From Felis catus (Eukaryota), in NCBI RefSeq assembly GCF_018350175.1, contig NC_058368.1, positions 130,450,001 through 130,514,000 of the forward strand: a stretch of DNA of 64,000 nt. Reading direction: 5' to 3'. Below are positions 22,112 to 36,260 of the stretch, in pieces. The notes under the pieces were generated by a model, which was given only the letters and a program-made list of their open reading frames with translations, was not told the origin of the DNA and searched no databases. How positions within the stretch are numbered: the first letter of the stretch is position 1; each line of letters begins with the position of its first letter. Position numbers and translations under genes: made by a program.

Positions 22112-23949
22112 TCTCTCAGGTATGCATTTTTATGTCAATGATTTGGAATAAGGGTCTCAAGTTCAGAGAAAGTGAATTACCGAAGTCTGCACAACTTGTA
22201 AATGAAGAACAGAATTTGAAACTAGTTTTCTCTGGTTCCACAGTCCTTTATTGCATTGTACCACATTTTTTTTTTTTTTTTTTACAAATGGACATATCAC
22301 TTAATTATTTACTATTGCTTTCCTACATTCAATAACATTGACTTGTGACTTGAGAAATATAAAAGTTTACTTGGTGAATTTATTCACCTGACTTAGGGGC
22401 CAGGTCTCTGAGTGAAGGCAAATCTCTTTATGCCTGGGGCAAAAGCTCTGTGGTAACATTCTACATTATTGTATCTGGTAGTGACTAGCATACTTAACTC
22501 CAAACAAAATGAATTCAAGCCCTTTATTTAAAGTGCATAGAGCCCAAATCAGCCACAAACTTTTGGAATGCTACTTGTTTAAATAAATCTTCTCTCAATT
22601 AAAAAAAAAGTATTTTCTTTTTTTCTTAAACTGCTTTAGCAATGTAAACACGCCAAAATGAGTACCTGGAATTTTGTTTGTTTTGCCTCCAATTCTGCAG
22701 TCAAATACTGGTATGCCATCGGAAGTACTCGAAAAAATTAAAAAGAAAAAAACAGTTCCTAACTAAAAAAAACCCTTATAAAAATTAAACAGTGATGTCT
22801 ATGATGTAACATTCTTAAGTGACACATAATTGATTTAAAATTACTATGCTAGTACTTAAATTTATTAATATTCTTTTTGTTGTTGTTTCTCCCAGCACTT
22901 TTCTCTTTAGGATACAATTACAACTTGTTTTCCTGAAGATTTATGTTAGGTTTATAAAAATTCAGAATGTTAGAGAGAGGGCTATTCTGCAGATGGAGAT
23001 GGAAAAGACATCATCTTATGAGGCACGTGCCTCAGGCGAGTTGTTCACAAGGCGTCCTGGCAAGGGAAGGGTGCTCATAATCAAGAAGGAGGGATCTTCA
23101 ACTATTGGCCTGGGGGTTCAAGATTCTCATGTTCACTCCTAAAAAGGCATTTTTCCCAGGTACCAGGACCTCGCTCTTTCTCTCTTAAGGACCTGGTTTT
23201 GATGCAGGAATCCTGGTGAGGCTGTGAATTCAGTCTTTGTGTAGGTGTGCTACCCGTACCATTAGAACCTGAGCCTGATTTTAGCCACGTTTGGGCCTAT
23301 AAAGAGTGTCGGTTGCTGCCATGAGACTTCTTGACTTTCACAATATGCCTGCAATTGAGTGGAAAATCCAAACCTATGTTTTTCTTGTTGAAACTCTAAA
23401 AACATTTAACCAAAGGCAGACAATTCTGCAGACCTTAAGATTGCCATTGACACCAACCTTTCAAATGCTTTCCCAACCTCATATGCCAATGCTTCACCTT
23501 TTACTTGTACCTTGTCCCAGTCTGCCAAGGGTTAGTGTCATAATTGTGATACTCCTGTGGCCAGCTATGATGACCACCCCACCTACCAACAGCACTGGTG
23601 TCCTGATTGTCAGCTGACATGTGGATTGCTCAGAACAGCAGAGGATCTTAAACTGAGTAATCTCCCATCCTAAGGATTTCCTGTAGGGCTACTCCCAGGT
23701 CCATTTGTCTTCTCCTGGGTCCTCCAAAAAGCAGATCCTGAGACAAAAGCTGAGAATACTTGAGAATGTGATTTGAGACCTGTAGAGTTGAAGAACTTGG
23801 AAGAAAAAAATCAAGAAAGGAGGGAAAGCCTATCCCAAGTCACATCATTGAGCTAGTTACTGTTGTAGGAAATGGGGGCTTTATAAAAAGGTAGGGATTT
23901 CACTTTAGAATTTTCTCTTAAAACAGAAGAGGGGTTAACATTATCCAAC

Positions 23950-24130
23950 TCTGTTATTTTTCTCTGGCTGCCGTAGCACATGACCAAGAACTAGTAGCTT
24001 AAAACAACACATTTATTATGTCCCAGTTCTGTAGGTTGGAAATGAAGATGCTGGCAGGACTGCATTCTTCTCTGGGTATGATAGTAAAGTCCATTTCCTC
24101 ATTCACTAGGGTTGCTGGCAGAATTCACTT
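23950..24130 (-). mobile_element. MLT1-like LTR fragment
   Basis: ggctgccgtagcac...gcttaaaacaacacatttatt...cagttctgtagg. Confidence 0.65.
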
Positions 24131-24139
24131 CTTTTTATT

Positions 24140-25570
24140 ATTTTCAGAGGATCCAAGTTTCTATCCGATATCATTTTCTTAAACTCTGAATAGTTTCCTT
24201 TAGCATTTCCTGTAGTGCAATTATATGGGCAATAAGTTGTCTTGGTTTTCTTTTATCTGAAAATATCTTTAATTTCTTTTCATTATTGAAGGAAACTATC
24301 CTGAATATCTCTCATAGTGATATCCTAGAATACTAATTTGACATTTTAAAAACTATTTTATAAAGTACTATAATGATATTTCTCTCTCTTGATGGTTTCT
24401 GCTATGAAATCAGCAATTAATTGAATGAGTGGTCCCCTGAATCTAACATGCTGTTTTTCTCTTACCACTTTCCAGAGTTTCTTCTTATCATTGGTTTTTG
24501 TCATCTTGACTATGATGAGCCTCACCATATGTTCTTAATGTTTATTCTGTTTGTGTATTTATTTCATAGGTTCTCTTCGAGAATTTTTATACTTCATCAA
24601 ATTGGGAGATTTTCAACCGTTATATTTTAAATCACTTTCCTGCTTCATTAATGGTCTCTGCTACTTACATCAATTTCCAATATATTAAATCATTTAATAC
24701 TGTGTAATAAGTTTCAGAGACTCTCGGTTTTTTATCTTTTATTTCTCTGTTCTTGGCCTTGGAAGTTTTCCTGTTTCTTCACTGATATTCCTATTTGCTG
24801 AAAAAAGGTTTTGTTTTACTTAATTGGTGATAATTACAAGAGCCATTTAAAAATGGCTCGTTCCATTGTATGTTAGTTCCAGAGTTTATTGATCTCAGAG
24901 TCAGACTTGATGTGTTTTCTTTTTTCCCAACATTGTGTTCTATTTTCTTGGTTTTTATTATGTTTTGTAATTTGGGATTGTATTAAAGATATTATGAATG
25001 TGGATATTCTGAATTATGCCATTCATTTCCTTTCTTGGCTGGTAATTGACTTGGCTGGATTTGAACTACAGGCTCTGTTGTGTGGCTACCAGATAGGGTC
25101 TTGATTCAGATCTTTTTTCTTTAAGCTGTTTTGAGTCTCTTCTCTTTTAAGCATGCTCAGGATCAGTTGGAGATATAGATAACAGAGTTTGAGGATCCCT
25201 GTATGGTTTTAACCACTTAAGAACTCCCACACTTTCTTCAGTGTTTCACGTCGTATGGCTTAACTTTTCTGTTTCTGCAGGGCTGAAAGAGTGTGAAAAT
25301 TGCGTTGTGAGTCCCTCTCACCACTGTGTGTACCATGCGGACTGCACTTCGATTCAGGCTGAAGGCCATGAAAGATGAGGACCTACTTGTGGAGAACACC
25401 ATCATCCATACTCCAAGTGAGTGTGTATTTTTCATCAGACTCTGTTCTGTTTATTCTCCAGTACCTTCAGATAATTGCTTTTCTATATGATGTCCAAGTG
25501 GTATTGCTATTTTCTGCAAAGGGATCCATCTGGTAGACTAAGTTTGTCCTATATAGAAATGAAAGTTCCA
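24140..25570 (-). mobile_element. Old L1M ORF1/5' region
   Basis: Antisense L1 signature (tttcctttagcatttcctgtagtgc...ttttatctgaaaatatcttt...ttgaagga; ttgggagattttcaaccgttatatttt). Confidence 0.7.
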
Positions 25571-25672
25571 GTGTAAACGTGGCTGGAGTCATTAAGGACA
25601 CAATGGTCCTTCTTTGGTCCCTGCTTTTTTCTTTACCAGAAAGAGGCAGTACTGTCATGAACATGGACTTTC

Positions 25673-25887
25673 AATTTTTTTTTTTTAACATTTATTTATT
25701 TTTGAGACAGAGAGAGACAGAGCATGAACGGGGGAGGGTCAGAGAGAGGGAGACACAGAATCTGAAACAGGCTCCAGGCTCTGAGCTGTCAGCACAGAGC
25801 CCGACGCGGGGCTCGAACTCACAAACCGTGAGATCATGACCTGAGCTGAAGTCGGCCGCCCAACCGACTGAGCCACCCAGGCGCCCC
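25673..25887 (-). mobile_element. Young SINEC_Fc-like SINE
   Basis: TSD aacatggactttc (25660-25672 / 25889-25901). Confidence 0.95.
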
Positions 25888-27153
25888 AAACATGGACTTT
25901 CTATACACCCTGCGATCCATCTATGTAAAGAGGACGTGAATATTATGTGCTAGTTGGTTCACATCTGAGATTTAGGCACAATCTATACAAGTATAAAAAT
26001 ATTCTGGCTGATATTTTCTTCATGTGCTTAGTAGTAAAAACATAGTCCTCATTCATGTATTCCCTCATTTAACACATATTGACTACCTATTAGGTATCTG
26101 GGACAAATGCTATATGACAGTGAAAAGTAATATATATAGTCTCTGCCATTACACAGTGACAGAAGCTATAATAGCAAGAATACAGAATGTTATAAAAGCC
26201 CACGTAAAGGTTTCAGGATTTAGCTGAGGTGTCTAGTGATAGTTCAGTACTGAAGTGACATTTACATTGATCCATGAAGGATAACCTGGAATTATCCAAG
26301 TAAAGGAGAAGAGGAAAGAATAATGCGTGCAGAGAAAAGATTCTCTGCCCAGATAGTTGTGGCAAAGAGTATAAGGAAGATGGTGAAATATGAGGTTGAA
26401 AGGCCTGTAGGGCAGTGGGCAGGCTGTGATGGCTCATGTAATCTGTGTGTACTGAATGTCTTCCACATACAGTATGTCCCCTGCTCTCTGCTCTGAAGGT
26501 CAACACATATAGGTTATATCAGTGGTTCCTGCGTTTCTTGTTTCTGGTTGTCTTGGGTAAACAAGGATCCCAGACAATATACTGGAAAGAGGGAGGACAG
26601 TGGAACTGTGGTATTTATTTCCCCACTTTCCTTCCTATGAAACCACCTTACAGTCACTTTGTTCCATAGCTCATAATCTCTCCTAGTCTCTACGAAACTT
26701 CCTTTACTTGATTCTCTCCTTTTGGTTCAGGGATAACAATATCCCAGACTCCTATACTGCCTGCAAAGCCAAGGAAGCAGGACTGTTGTGGGTATTATGG
26801 ATTAAGGGATCTATTATAGTAATAAGGCCTCACACAATTGTAATAATTGGAGGAAAATGGTCCAAAAGGGAGAGTCGGAAGACCAGATATAAGTCATAAA
26901 TTGGCCTGTCTGATGCACTGGTGGACCATTTGGAGCTCGTCATGCAATTGGGGAAACTAGTCACTTTCAACTGCTGGAATGTGGTGATGAAGGAGAGAGT
27001 GGAAAGTCTACATCCAATGGTGAGCCTTTGGTTGCTATTGGTTACAGGGTCCGCAGTTGGGAAGAAGAGCTGGATATATGGCAAGGACAAGCCTGGAACA
27101 TGTCCACACCTCTCTACCTGTCCTTTACCACTTTAAAACACCTATCATCAGAT

Positions 27154-27595
27154 TGTGTGGGGAAATAAGTTCTCCTCACATAGAAAAAAGCTTAGGACAG
27201 AAAACCACCACCACGGGGCAAACACGCCTGAGGTTATTAGCTAGCGAGATATTGTAATGGGATCACGACTAACTTGTTATATCACCTGCAGGAAATTACT
27301 TTCCATCTGGCGCCAATGTACCTGATCACAAATTCCACTTGCCCCCAGACCCTTTGTGTCTTACACACACAAGTTGAGGATTATTGTCTGATTGTTTTCT
27401 CCACGTTCATGTGTGTAAGATCTTGTTTTCTTCACATTCACCATGTGGGTAATATCTTGTGAGCTCAATAAATATGGAGATGAAACCCCTATTTGGGGCT
27501 CCTGTCTCCTCCCAGACATTAGCCTCTCTCATATTCAATTCTGCATCTGCTTTCTTGCTGGACAGGAGAGAACTCCAGGCTCATAGTCTGTGACA
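27154..27595 (+). mobile_element. Solo ERV LTR (442 bp) inserted in an older LTR-like relic
   Basis: TG...CA ends; U3-R-U5-like composition; near-TSD agat / agac. Confidence 0.7.
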
Positions 27596-30500
27596 AGACT
27601 GTAATGGACACTGCTTCACTTCTGCCTTCCACATGTCAAAATGAATTTCCCTCTTTGACAACTCAAATCCAGAACCATACAACAAAGGAGATTCTGGAAA
27701 ATGTGATTCTAGATTAACCATATTGACAGAGTCTAATCCCACCACATTGTTTCATACTGTTTCCCTACATCTTTATAAATGAACCATTTATAAAATCTGC
27801 TTGAAATGCTATTAGTTTGAGTGTTCCATATCTCTCCCATTAAGATCCTAGGTGATATACCATTTAATCAGGCTTGGATTTATCCTCAAGAAAGCAGAAA
27901 AGTGCTGCATTTCAAACAGGACAGTAATGGGACCAATTTGCGTGTTGAGGGGTTATTTTAGATGAAGCATATAAAGAATTAAACAGAGGCCTGGGCTTGT
28001 ACTGGCAACAAAAAGAGTGGAAAAAAATTCAGAGGCAGGGAGATCAAGACCAGCTAGGAATTTCTTGGAATTATCCAGTGGTGATAGAGAAAAATATACA
28101 GATTAAAAAAAGATAGTGCTATCGGAAAGAATAAGTGAATTTGATGAGTAATGAGAGAGAGACGGAAAGGTGTTTCTATGCAGGCTGATAAAAGTATCAC
28201 TAAGGGAGATGTAGTTGTTGTCACATAGAATAGAAATAATAGTAAATACAAACTGATGTGAAAACTCCGCAATTACAGAGCAGTGGGCATAACTTACATA
28301 CTAGCGCATAAGTACATACAAAAATGTAAGTTGTCATATACTCTTCATAAGCCCACCCCTGGCTTTCTGCTGGTGGTAGAAAAGAAAGGGAAACCTGACC
28401 ACATTGGAGGCAGCCGTCTTCTAGCCTTAAGCACTCTCTTTCAGTTTAACTGAACATCCTTGATACAGTGTTTACCTCTCCAGGTTTCTTCTTGTCGTTC
28501 TCACCATGACTACCATCTTGTAGAGAATGCCTGTGGAAAGCATCACCATGGTGGTAAAGGAGTGAGCATGTAGGGGACATGTCTCCGTGGGCCTGCTTGA
28601 ACTTGACTGCAGTCATTGCAGCAAGGCCCGGCTTTGTGTAACGTCTAATGCACCCTTTTGGGACAAGCAAGGCATGATGGCTCTTCTCACTGACTGTTTT
28701 CCTGAAGGCATTGTTGAACCTCTGAAGGCTGGCTGTAGTACCATCTAATGAAGTATGTGAGTGTTTTCTCCTTTATCTCTTCTAATGCCACTTTTGACTA
28801 TTGTTATGATGAAAGTTCTGCCATAGCCACCGATGGACATTTGAGAGATTCTGGGCTCTTTTAATGGAGGATCACAGAGACTTTGTTTCAGTTGGAGGAC
28901 CATCTATCCAGACCAATTTCTGTCGTTGGAGCTCTCATTCCTGTGCCTTATTGAAAGCAGTGAGGAGATGTACTTCTAGCTTAAAAATGTGATGGTTTCC
29001 AACATTATTTTCCCAACACTAGATCTCTACTCAGAGTTCCAGGATTAATCATTTTTAAATATCTTAGTCCCCCATATCTCTTTCCAATCCAAACTCCACA
29101 ATATTTGTACTATTTGTGTGAAGTGGGGACTTTTCCTTTCATTGTATTATCGTATTACCTACTTACCATTTCAAAAGTAATGCTTATAAGACTCGTGAAC
29201 CAAATAACTTTGGAGTTGAGCTTGTAAACAAGAGTCTTTCTTGGTCAACATGGCCTATTGTCAAGACTTCTACAGATTTAGCCTGGGGGAATTAATTTGC
29301 AGTAAAATCTGAGCGACCCTGTCTTTGTTTTAAGTTATATTGTCTTCATCTGAAAGCATGGTGTGTCCTTGTGTTCAGAGGTAAAGTTCCCAAAGGGCAA
29401 GGGTAATAAAACATATGTGAGTTCGATATATAAACAACGAACAGGCTGATACTTGTGATCTGTCCTAGAGCATTACAAATCAAAAGCATGTGGGAATCCA
29501 TAGAGAATTGGAGAGCTGAAATGATGGGTAAATTTGGTCCTGTCTCCACAGATATTTTGGGACCCACTTGTATAATTTTGATATAACACCCAGTATTATG
29601 TATTTTATTTAAATTTAAATATCTATCTTTGCTAGATTCCTGTAAGTAGATCACTTTGAGCCTTGCTCCCCAGCTCATACAAAATGGAAATAAAGGACAT
29701 TTTACTGTAAATTTTGATATTGTCTGATACTGAGCTCTCTCACTGGACTAGAAGGAAGTTAAGAAAAAACAAAGTTACACAAAAAAGGCAATAAATCTCC
29801 CAAGACAATGAATTTCCTCATTTACTGAGGAAAATACTGTTACATTTGGGACAGAAATCTTCATTTATTTAAAAACTTTGATGTGAAGGCTAGTATGTTG
29901 AGGGAGGGGAGGTGTGCTTTCTTCTTTTTGAGTTACCATGTATATGCAGTCTCCTGGAGAAGAGACTGAAAATCGACACCTGATTTTGAAAACCTTAGCA
30001 TTTAGATATTATCTCTCTTCCCACCCACTTTGAAGTATTTTCTTGGTGAGTTTTCATAATTCTTGAGGTTTAATGGTTATCTTGTCACTTCCAAATTCAG
30101 TCAAATTGAGTTGAAATATTTAAACATATCAGAAATACATCTCGATGACTACAGCTAAGGGAAAGAGGGAGAATGGGGAAAATCATTTTATGTTGGAAGA
30201 AATAAGGTCTTCTGGAGTATTAAAAATAATTACTATAAAGACTCTGGAAAACTTAGACTTTGTACTTCTGATGAAAGCTAGCCAGGATTTCCAATTTTTG
30301 AAGGATTACTAAAAAATAGAGGTTCCTCTAAAGCAATAGGTCTTTTTGACTTAAAATGGACCTCTGATGCCTCAGACATGAGCTAAGAAGGGAATAAAAA
30401 AGACCTTGGAATCTTTTGAGTTATTTGTTGAGTATGGTGCTACCCAGGGCTAGTTTAGCCCTGATGAAAGATGTTTCTTTCTGACATGTTTCCCTAAGGA

Positions 30501-30759
30501 AGAGATTGCCTGTTATGATTATAGTTTTCACTGGGTTGTCTCAAAGCTATTATTTTATCTCTGTAATGCTTTGTCCCCAAATTCCTTCTAAAAAATAAAT
30601 GTAGATATTCAAAATTTAGTAAAACCTCAAGAAAGCTTAATACCAATGTTTAATAGGAAGGATACAGGACAATAAGAAAGTTTTAAGAAATGTAAGAGAA
30701 GATTTTGGCAAGTAGCTATTGTGAGCCACTTGGTACAGAAATAGATTGAAACATTGATA

Positions 30760-30856
30760 TTTTTAAAAATGTATTTGAGACAGAGGAAGAGAGAGTGCAC
30801 ATGCAAGATGGGGAGGAGCAGAAAGAGGGAGAGAGGGAGAGGGAGAGGGAGAGGGA

Positions 30857-30900
<44 letters not shown>

Positions 30901-31029
30901 CCCAGGCAGACTCCCCACTGTCAGTGCAGAGCCCTATGGAAGGCTTAAACTCATGAATCTTGAGATCATGACCTGAGCCATAATGAAGAAGAGTCAGACA
31001 CTTAACTGACTGAGCCACCCAGGTGCCCC
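30760..31029 (-). mobile_element. Can-SINE with expanded (GAGAGG)n/(GA)n
   Basis: gagaatcccaggcagactcc...actgagccacccaggtgcccc. Confidence 0.92.
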
Positions 31030-32194
31030 TAAAATAACATTTCTAAGATGACCTGGGTTTTACAACATTTTCTTCAGGTTAGAGCATACATATTTTTACA
31101 TACATGGGACATCCCTTTATGCTGTGTTAGCATAACAGATTAGTGCCCACTGTGAGGTAATTGGTTGCATTCACTGTTAAAATTGTTACACCAGGTAATC
31201 CCTTTTCCAAAACCATGTGATTTGATAAAATATACCCACAAAATATCATCACTACATTGGATCCAGTGAGAATAAGAGTGGATTGGAGAGAGAGTTGAAT
31301 GTTTCCTCTTCCTTCCTTCGCCATGTATCAGCCATGACACCTATGTTTGATGATCTACTTCAAGAGGCAGAGGTGGCAATAGCCCATATGACGAATAGCT
31401 CTGTGGTATTCAGCAAGAAAGCAACATTTGAAATCCACCTTAAATCACAGATAGGGATGTATTAAATTGTTCCTGTCTCTCGAATGGTTTTTCATGTTTG
31501 TAGGCAGGTATGACAATCCCATTAATTATGTTGAGATACCAGAAGTAACTCACTATTTTAAACTATTTGATGGGGGAGAAAATACTTTCAAATTCCAAAA
31601 TATGTCTTGTATTTCAGTTGCCTGAAGCACTTGAGGAACATTCTTTGTGTAAACATGGGAGTTTTCTAACCCACACTTGAAATTTTCAAAGTTATATCCT
31701 GGGGTTCTACCACATGCTTGACACTGTGTGGCATCTATTCTTAGAAAACGGAATTATCTCTTTATAGGCAAAGGAAAAAATTGTCCCAGTGTGAAGAAAG
31801 TAAATTAATAGACATTCAGGGGCCAGGAGAGCACCAGAGAGGCAGATGCCTGGAGTTGAGAGCATGTTTTCTGGACAGTTTTGATTAATCAGCAATTGAA
31901 AAGCCTACAAATTAGAAGTCCTGTGGAGATTGAAAACATCATCTGACTTACTATTAAAGCTAATTTGTTTATGTTAAGGAAATAACAATTATACACAAAG
32001 CTGACAGAGACGGCCATTATCAACTTAATTAAATGTTTTTTTGTGACATTTTGCGAATTGTCATTTGGCACTGTGCTTGGGCAGTGACTCTTGTCACTGT
32101 TGTTCTTTACTATTATAGTTGTGATAATACAGAATCCTAAAGGAAGGCTTGCTTTGTTTTGAGGGAGAAGACCATTTATTTTCCTTTTTCTCCC

Positions 32195-32326
32195 CTTTTT
32201 ATAATTAAAATATATATATAATTTATTGTCAAGGTAGCTAACATACAGTGTATATACAGTGTGTTCTTGGCTTCGGGAGTAGATTCCCATGATCCATTCT
32301 TACCTACAACACCTAGTGCCCATCCC
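32195..32326 (-). mobile_element. Short felid L1 3' end
   Basis: atttattgtcaaggtagctaacatacagtg...tacaacacctagtgcccatccc, matching the 3'UTR end of the L1s at 6935-6980 and 38150-38200. Confidence 0.75.
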
Positions 32327-33244
32327 TTCATTTGTAATCCCTTTTATCCCGAAGTCATTTGGACATCATGTACCTCCTTGTGTTCTCTGGTTGAGAAATG
32401 TGCTTCAACATAGCAGCTAGGTTGTTTAACTATGTTCACTTGGTGCCCTTACCATTCTAATGCCAAATATAGTCTAAGTTAGGTAAACTCAAGATTTTTG
32501 TGATCAGAGGCACTTTGAGTGGGTTTCCTCATGGCTTTTATTGCTAATGGCTTCTGTGTCCTATTCTGTCTTTATATATATATTTGGGATATGCCCACTG
32601 CCATCAACTTCTGATTATCTCTAAAGTTTATATGTTCAAAGTACCCAACATAAGGGATGTTACTGGGTTAGACATTTGTCACATTGGGTAAATTTGCCAT
32701 GCCAAATCGCTTCACATGCCACTGGCCTTAAAGACATTGCCTGTGGGAGAGGCACAGGTCCCTGTTCTACTCTGCTGTGGCTAGATTGGCTGTCACATGG
32801 TCTGTGAAAAGCATATCTTTTAATAGAAGTGGTAAAACAAGCTACTGTGTGATGGGGAAATAGATCATGAACTCTGATTATCCAACTACTACTATTGATG
32901 AATACTTGCCAAATGCTAGATTCTGGGGGCACATTAATACACTAACATGAAATTTGTTGTTTTAACATAAAATCTTACTGGACTGTGATAAAAAGAGTCT
33001 TCAGCTTAGCCTGAAAAAGAGTTCACTTTTTGGTTAATTATTATTTCTTGTTCGCCATTTTTATGAAGGGTCCCAACACAGGGACTCATCATCACCAGTA
33101 ATTCACAAACTGAGAATTCTATATCATGTGGTATTCTATGGGAGATTTGTGGTATCCCTTCCCATTAGCCACAAGAAAAAAATGTGAGCATTAAATGTGC
33201 TCATATGACACAAAGAAAATACATAATTAAAAAGTTAAAAAATT

Positions 33245-33470
33245 GGGGCGCCTGGGTGGCGCAGTCGGTTAAGCGTCCGACTTCAGCCAGGTCACGATCT
33301 CGCGGTCCGTGAGTTCGAGCCCCGCGTCGGGCTCTGGGCTGATGGCTCGGAGCCTGGAGCCTGTTTCCGATGCTGTGTCTCCCTCTCTCTCTGCCCCTCT
33401 CCCGTTCATGCTCTGTCTCTCTCTGTCCCCCAAAAAATAAATAAATGTTGAAAAAAAAAATTAAAAAAAA
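33245..33470 (+). mobile_element. Very young SINEC_Fc
   Basis: GGGGCGCCTGGGTGGCGCAGTCGGTTAAGCGTCCGACTTC...; CpGs retained; 16-bp TSD aaaaagttaaaaaatt (33229-33244 / 33471-33486). Confidence 0.97.
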
Positions 33471-33996
33471 AAAAAGTTAAAAAATTAAGACCCATGTAGA
33501 GTAAGTGACAACTTGGATAATTTTGCATTTTAAGGATGACCAATAATTAATATAAATTGACATGTTTTTTTCTAATAATTTATGCTTCCAGCTTCAGGGG
33601 TTTAGTCTTTTTAAAAAGGGATATAATTAAGGCCCGCACAATTAGTCAGCATATTTATCCAAGCCATTAGAGGGCTTTAGAATATGTTAAGAATCGACAC
33701 AATTCAACTTTGAGATACTACTGGCTTACTACTTTAAAAATGAGCTATTTTTTGAAATATGCCCAGGGAAACTTTTTTTTTTTTTAAAGAAATTCTGCTT
33801 ATCTGTGAAAAGTGCATTTTGGGTTTGATATCAAAGTTTGAGTTGTTTTTACTTATTAAAATGGAAAATGGATTCAGATCTTGGTTTCCATCAAATAATC
33901 CAATATGTTTCATTTAGCTAGGACTGAGGTTTACATCAGTGAGAACGATTTGAAAAGAGTGATTTTGATTAGGTCCCACGAAGAAAAGCACTTGAG

Positions 33997-33998
<2 letters not shown>

Positions 33999-34082
<84 letters not shown>
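33999..34082. repeat. Compound (TC)n-(TG)n microsatellite
   Basis: Read directly from the sequence. Confidence 0.97.
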
Positions 34083-34086
<4 letters not shown>

Positions 34087-36028
34087 ACTTAGGTTTGCAT
34101 TTGTATTTATATTAAAATTTACAGACTCCCATGTTCTTCTTGTTTCTTAAAGCATAGGGGATTTCATAATCATGGGAGCTCTTGTTTTATATAGGTATTA
34201 GAAACCAATAGTATAGATTAACAACATAAAAAGTTGAGGCAATCACTTCACTTTTGGAGCTCTGGACAAGGTAAATGAACCAGAAGAAGAAATAAATTGT
34301 CCCTGTCAGCAACCACACATTCTGTTCCCTGGCTGTTACAGATCACAATTAAAAAGGGTAGAAGAATTCTCTAAATAATGGAGACTACTTATCCCTTCAT
34401 ATCACTTGGAAATCCTTATTCTGTTTGTGTCTGGGAATTGTGTTCATCATTGAAAAATGACCTTTTTTTTGATCAAAGCTATCACCACTGAATTGACACT
34501 TTAATAGAACAACTGTTACACAGAAGATGCTGTATTGAGAAATGGGCTCTGAACTCATAAAGCTTAAAATTTAGTGTTGACATTAATTAGACATACTATC
34601 TGCTAATTACTGAACAAGTATGTTTGACACTTGGGTCCTAAATGTTATCAGAAACATCAAGAAAGGTTGTTTCTCCTCTCTCTTTCCCTTCCCACTCCAC
34701 TTGTTCTCTATGGGAACTTCAATTTTCTCTAAAGAGCTTTCTAGTATTCTCTGTGGCCACCAGTGTCCCTGGAATTGGGTGAAGGAAAGCAGGTGGTGGC
34801 AGGTGAATAAAGAATTGTGGTGGAGTCCTCAATATATAGATTCCCACACATTCCTCTTCTTGTCGTTTGGGGGCTTCAGCCCCATGCTCACCTATGTTGC
34901 TTGTCCTTGAATCTGGAGCTTCCATAGTTGAATTCTCCAGATCCATATCCAATCATTTCCCTCAGGAATCGAGAAGAGTTATTTGTTTCTTATTTTGTAT
35001 TGGATGAGAGGATCTCAAGTCTAACTAGGCTTTCAAATAATAAGTAGTACCAACCCTAGGTGGCATCTTGGCAGCTATATGCCTATTGACTGCAAATACC
35101 ACACTTCTCTGGGATTCCATAGGATGAATCCATTTGCCGCTCCTTATGTACATCTGTACACAGCCCAGTTTCACCTAAGTCAACTATTCTTCTGTTCATT
35201 TTCCATCGTGAGAATTTTGTTCACCTCTTAGCTACTGCTAGCTACTCTGTAGTTCCTTTTTTCCTTTTGGATTTATGCTTTCTGTTCCATTGCTATAATT
35301 TTAGGGAGCTTTCTGAATTAAGCAAAGATAATAGTTTATGTAAAATTTACTATGTTTAACAGAATATCTCTGATAGTTTTCACTGGACTTTGATACAAGT
35401 GTCTACATGGCTTCCAGGAAGTTTTTTCTGGATTACAATATTAACATTTTGTAGTTGTGCTTCCTGTCTTGTGCTAAAAATTTCACTTGTCTTCTTGAAA
35501 ATTACATTTTCAGAGGATGTCTTCCTAAACACCCCAAGTCACTTCCAGGTAGGGTCCTCCCAAATGTCTTTTGATGAGACTTACGTTCCCATCCTTTGCT
35601 GTCTTGAATGCCATCGTCATGTCTAAATACACCAGTTTCTTGATGCCAAATGGCAGGAAAGGGGCTTTTTGTGTTACACACTTAATTAAATTAAAGTCAC
35701 AAAATAGCATAGAAACTTACTTTCTGGCCAATTAGGATCAGCAGTTGCCCTCATATTATAAGGTGTCAATGGAGCTGGAAAGGGGAAAGTAGTTTAGTTT
35801 GTTCAATATCTATTAGCTTGGTGGAGGTGGAGGTAATGCAGAGAGAATAAAAAAATAAAGTTAAGTTCCCTCAGTTTCTGGAAGCATGGTTGCACAATTG
35901 ACTGCCCTAAGTTCTTTTTTGCTTTGTTACATATTAATGCATCCTTTCTCTCTTTCTAAACAATCATTTGGTAAAATCATTTGGGGTCTGTTTTAATTTT
36001 TTATTTATTATTAAAATTTTTTGCTTAC

Positions 36029-36260
36029 GGGGCGCCTGGGTGGCTCAGTCAGTTAAGCATTCGACTTCGGCTCAGGTCATGATCTGACGGTTCATGGGTT
36101 TGAGCCCCGCGTTGGGCTCTGTGCTGACAGCTCAGAGCCTGGAACCTGCTTCAGATTCTGTGTCTCCCTCTCTCTCTGCCCCTCCCCTCCCCTGCCCCTC
36201 CCCTGTTCTGTCTCTCTTTGTCTCGAAAATAAATAAAAACATTAAAAAAATTAAAAAAAA
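36029..36260 (+). mobile_element. Can-SINE (felid type)
   Basis: ggggcgcctgggtggctcagtc...; TSD approximately aaaatttt(tt)gctt. Confidence 0.94.

Noticed and set aside
26050..26420. Probable L2 relic (also ~60250-60700, MIR ~22120-22260, LTR16/33-like pieces near 23700, 26550 and 59800-60200)
   Set aside because: Too degenerate to assign or bound reliably by eye, so not listed as features
33245..33320. tRNA-like sequence with A/B boxes
   Set aside because: It is the tRNA-derived head of a Can-SINE, not a tRNA gene
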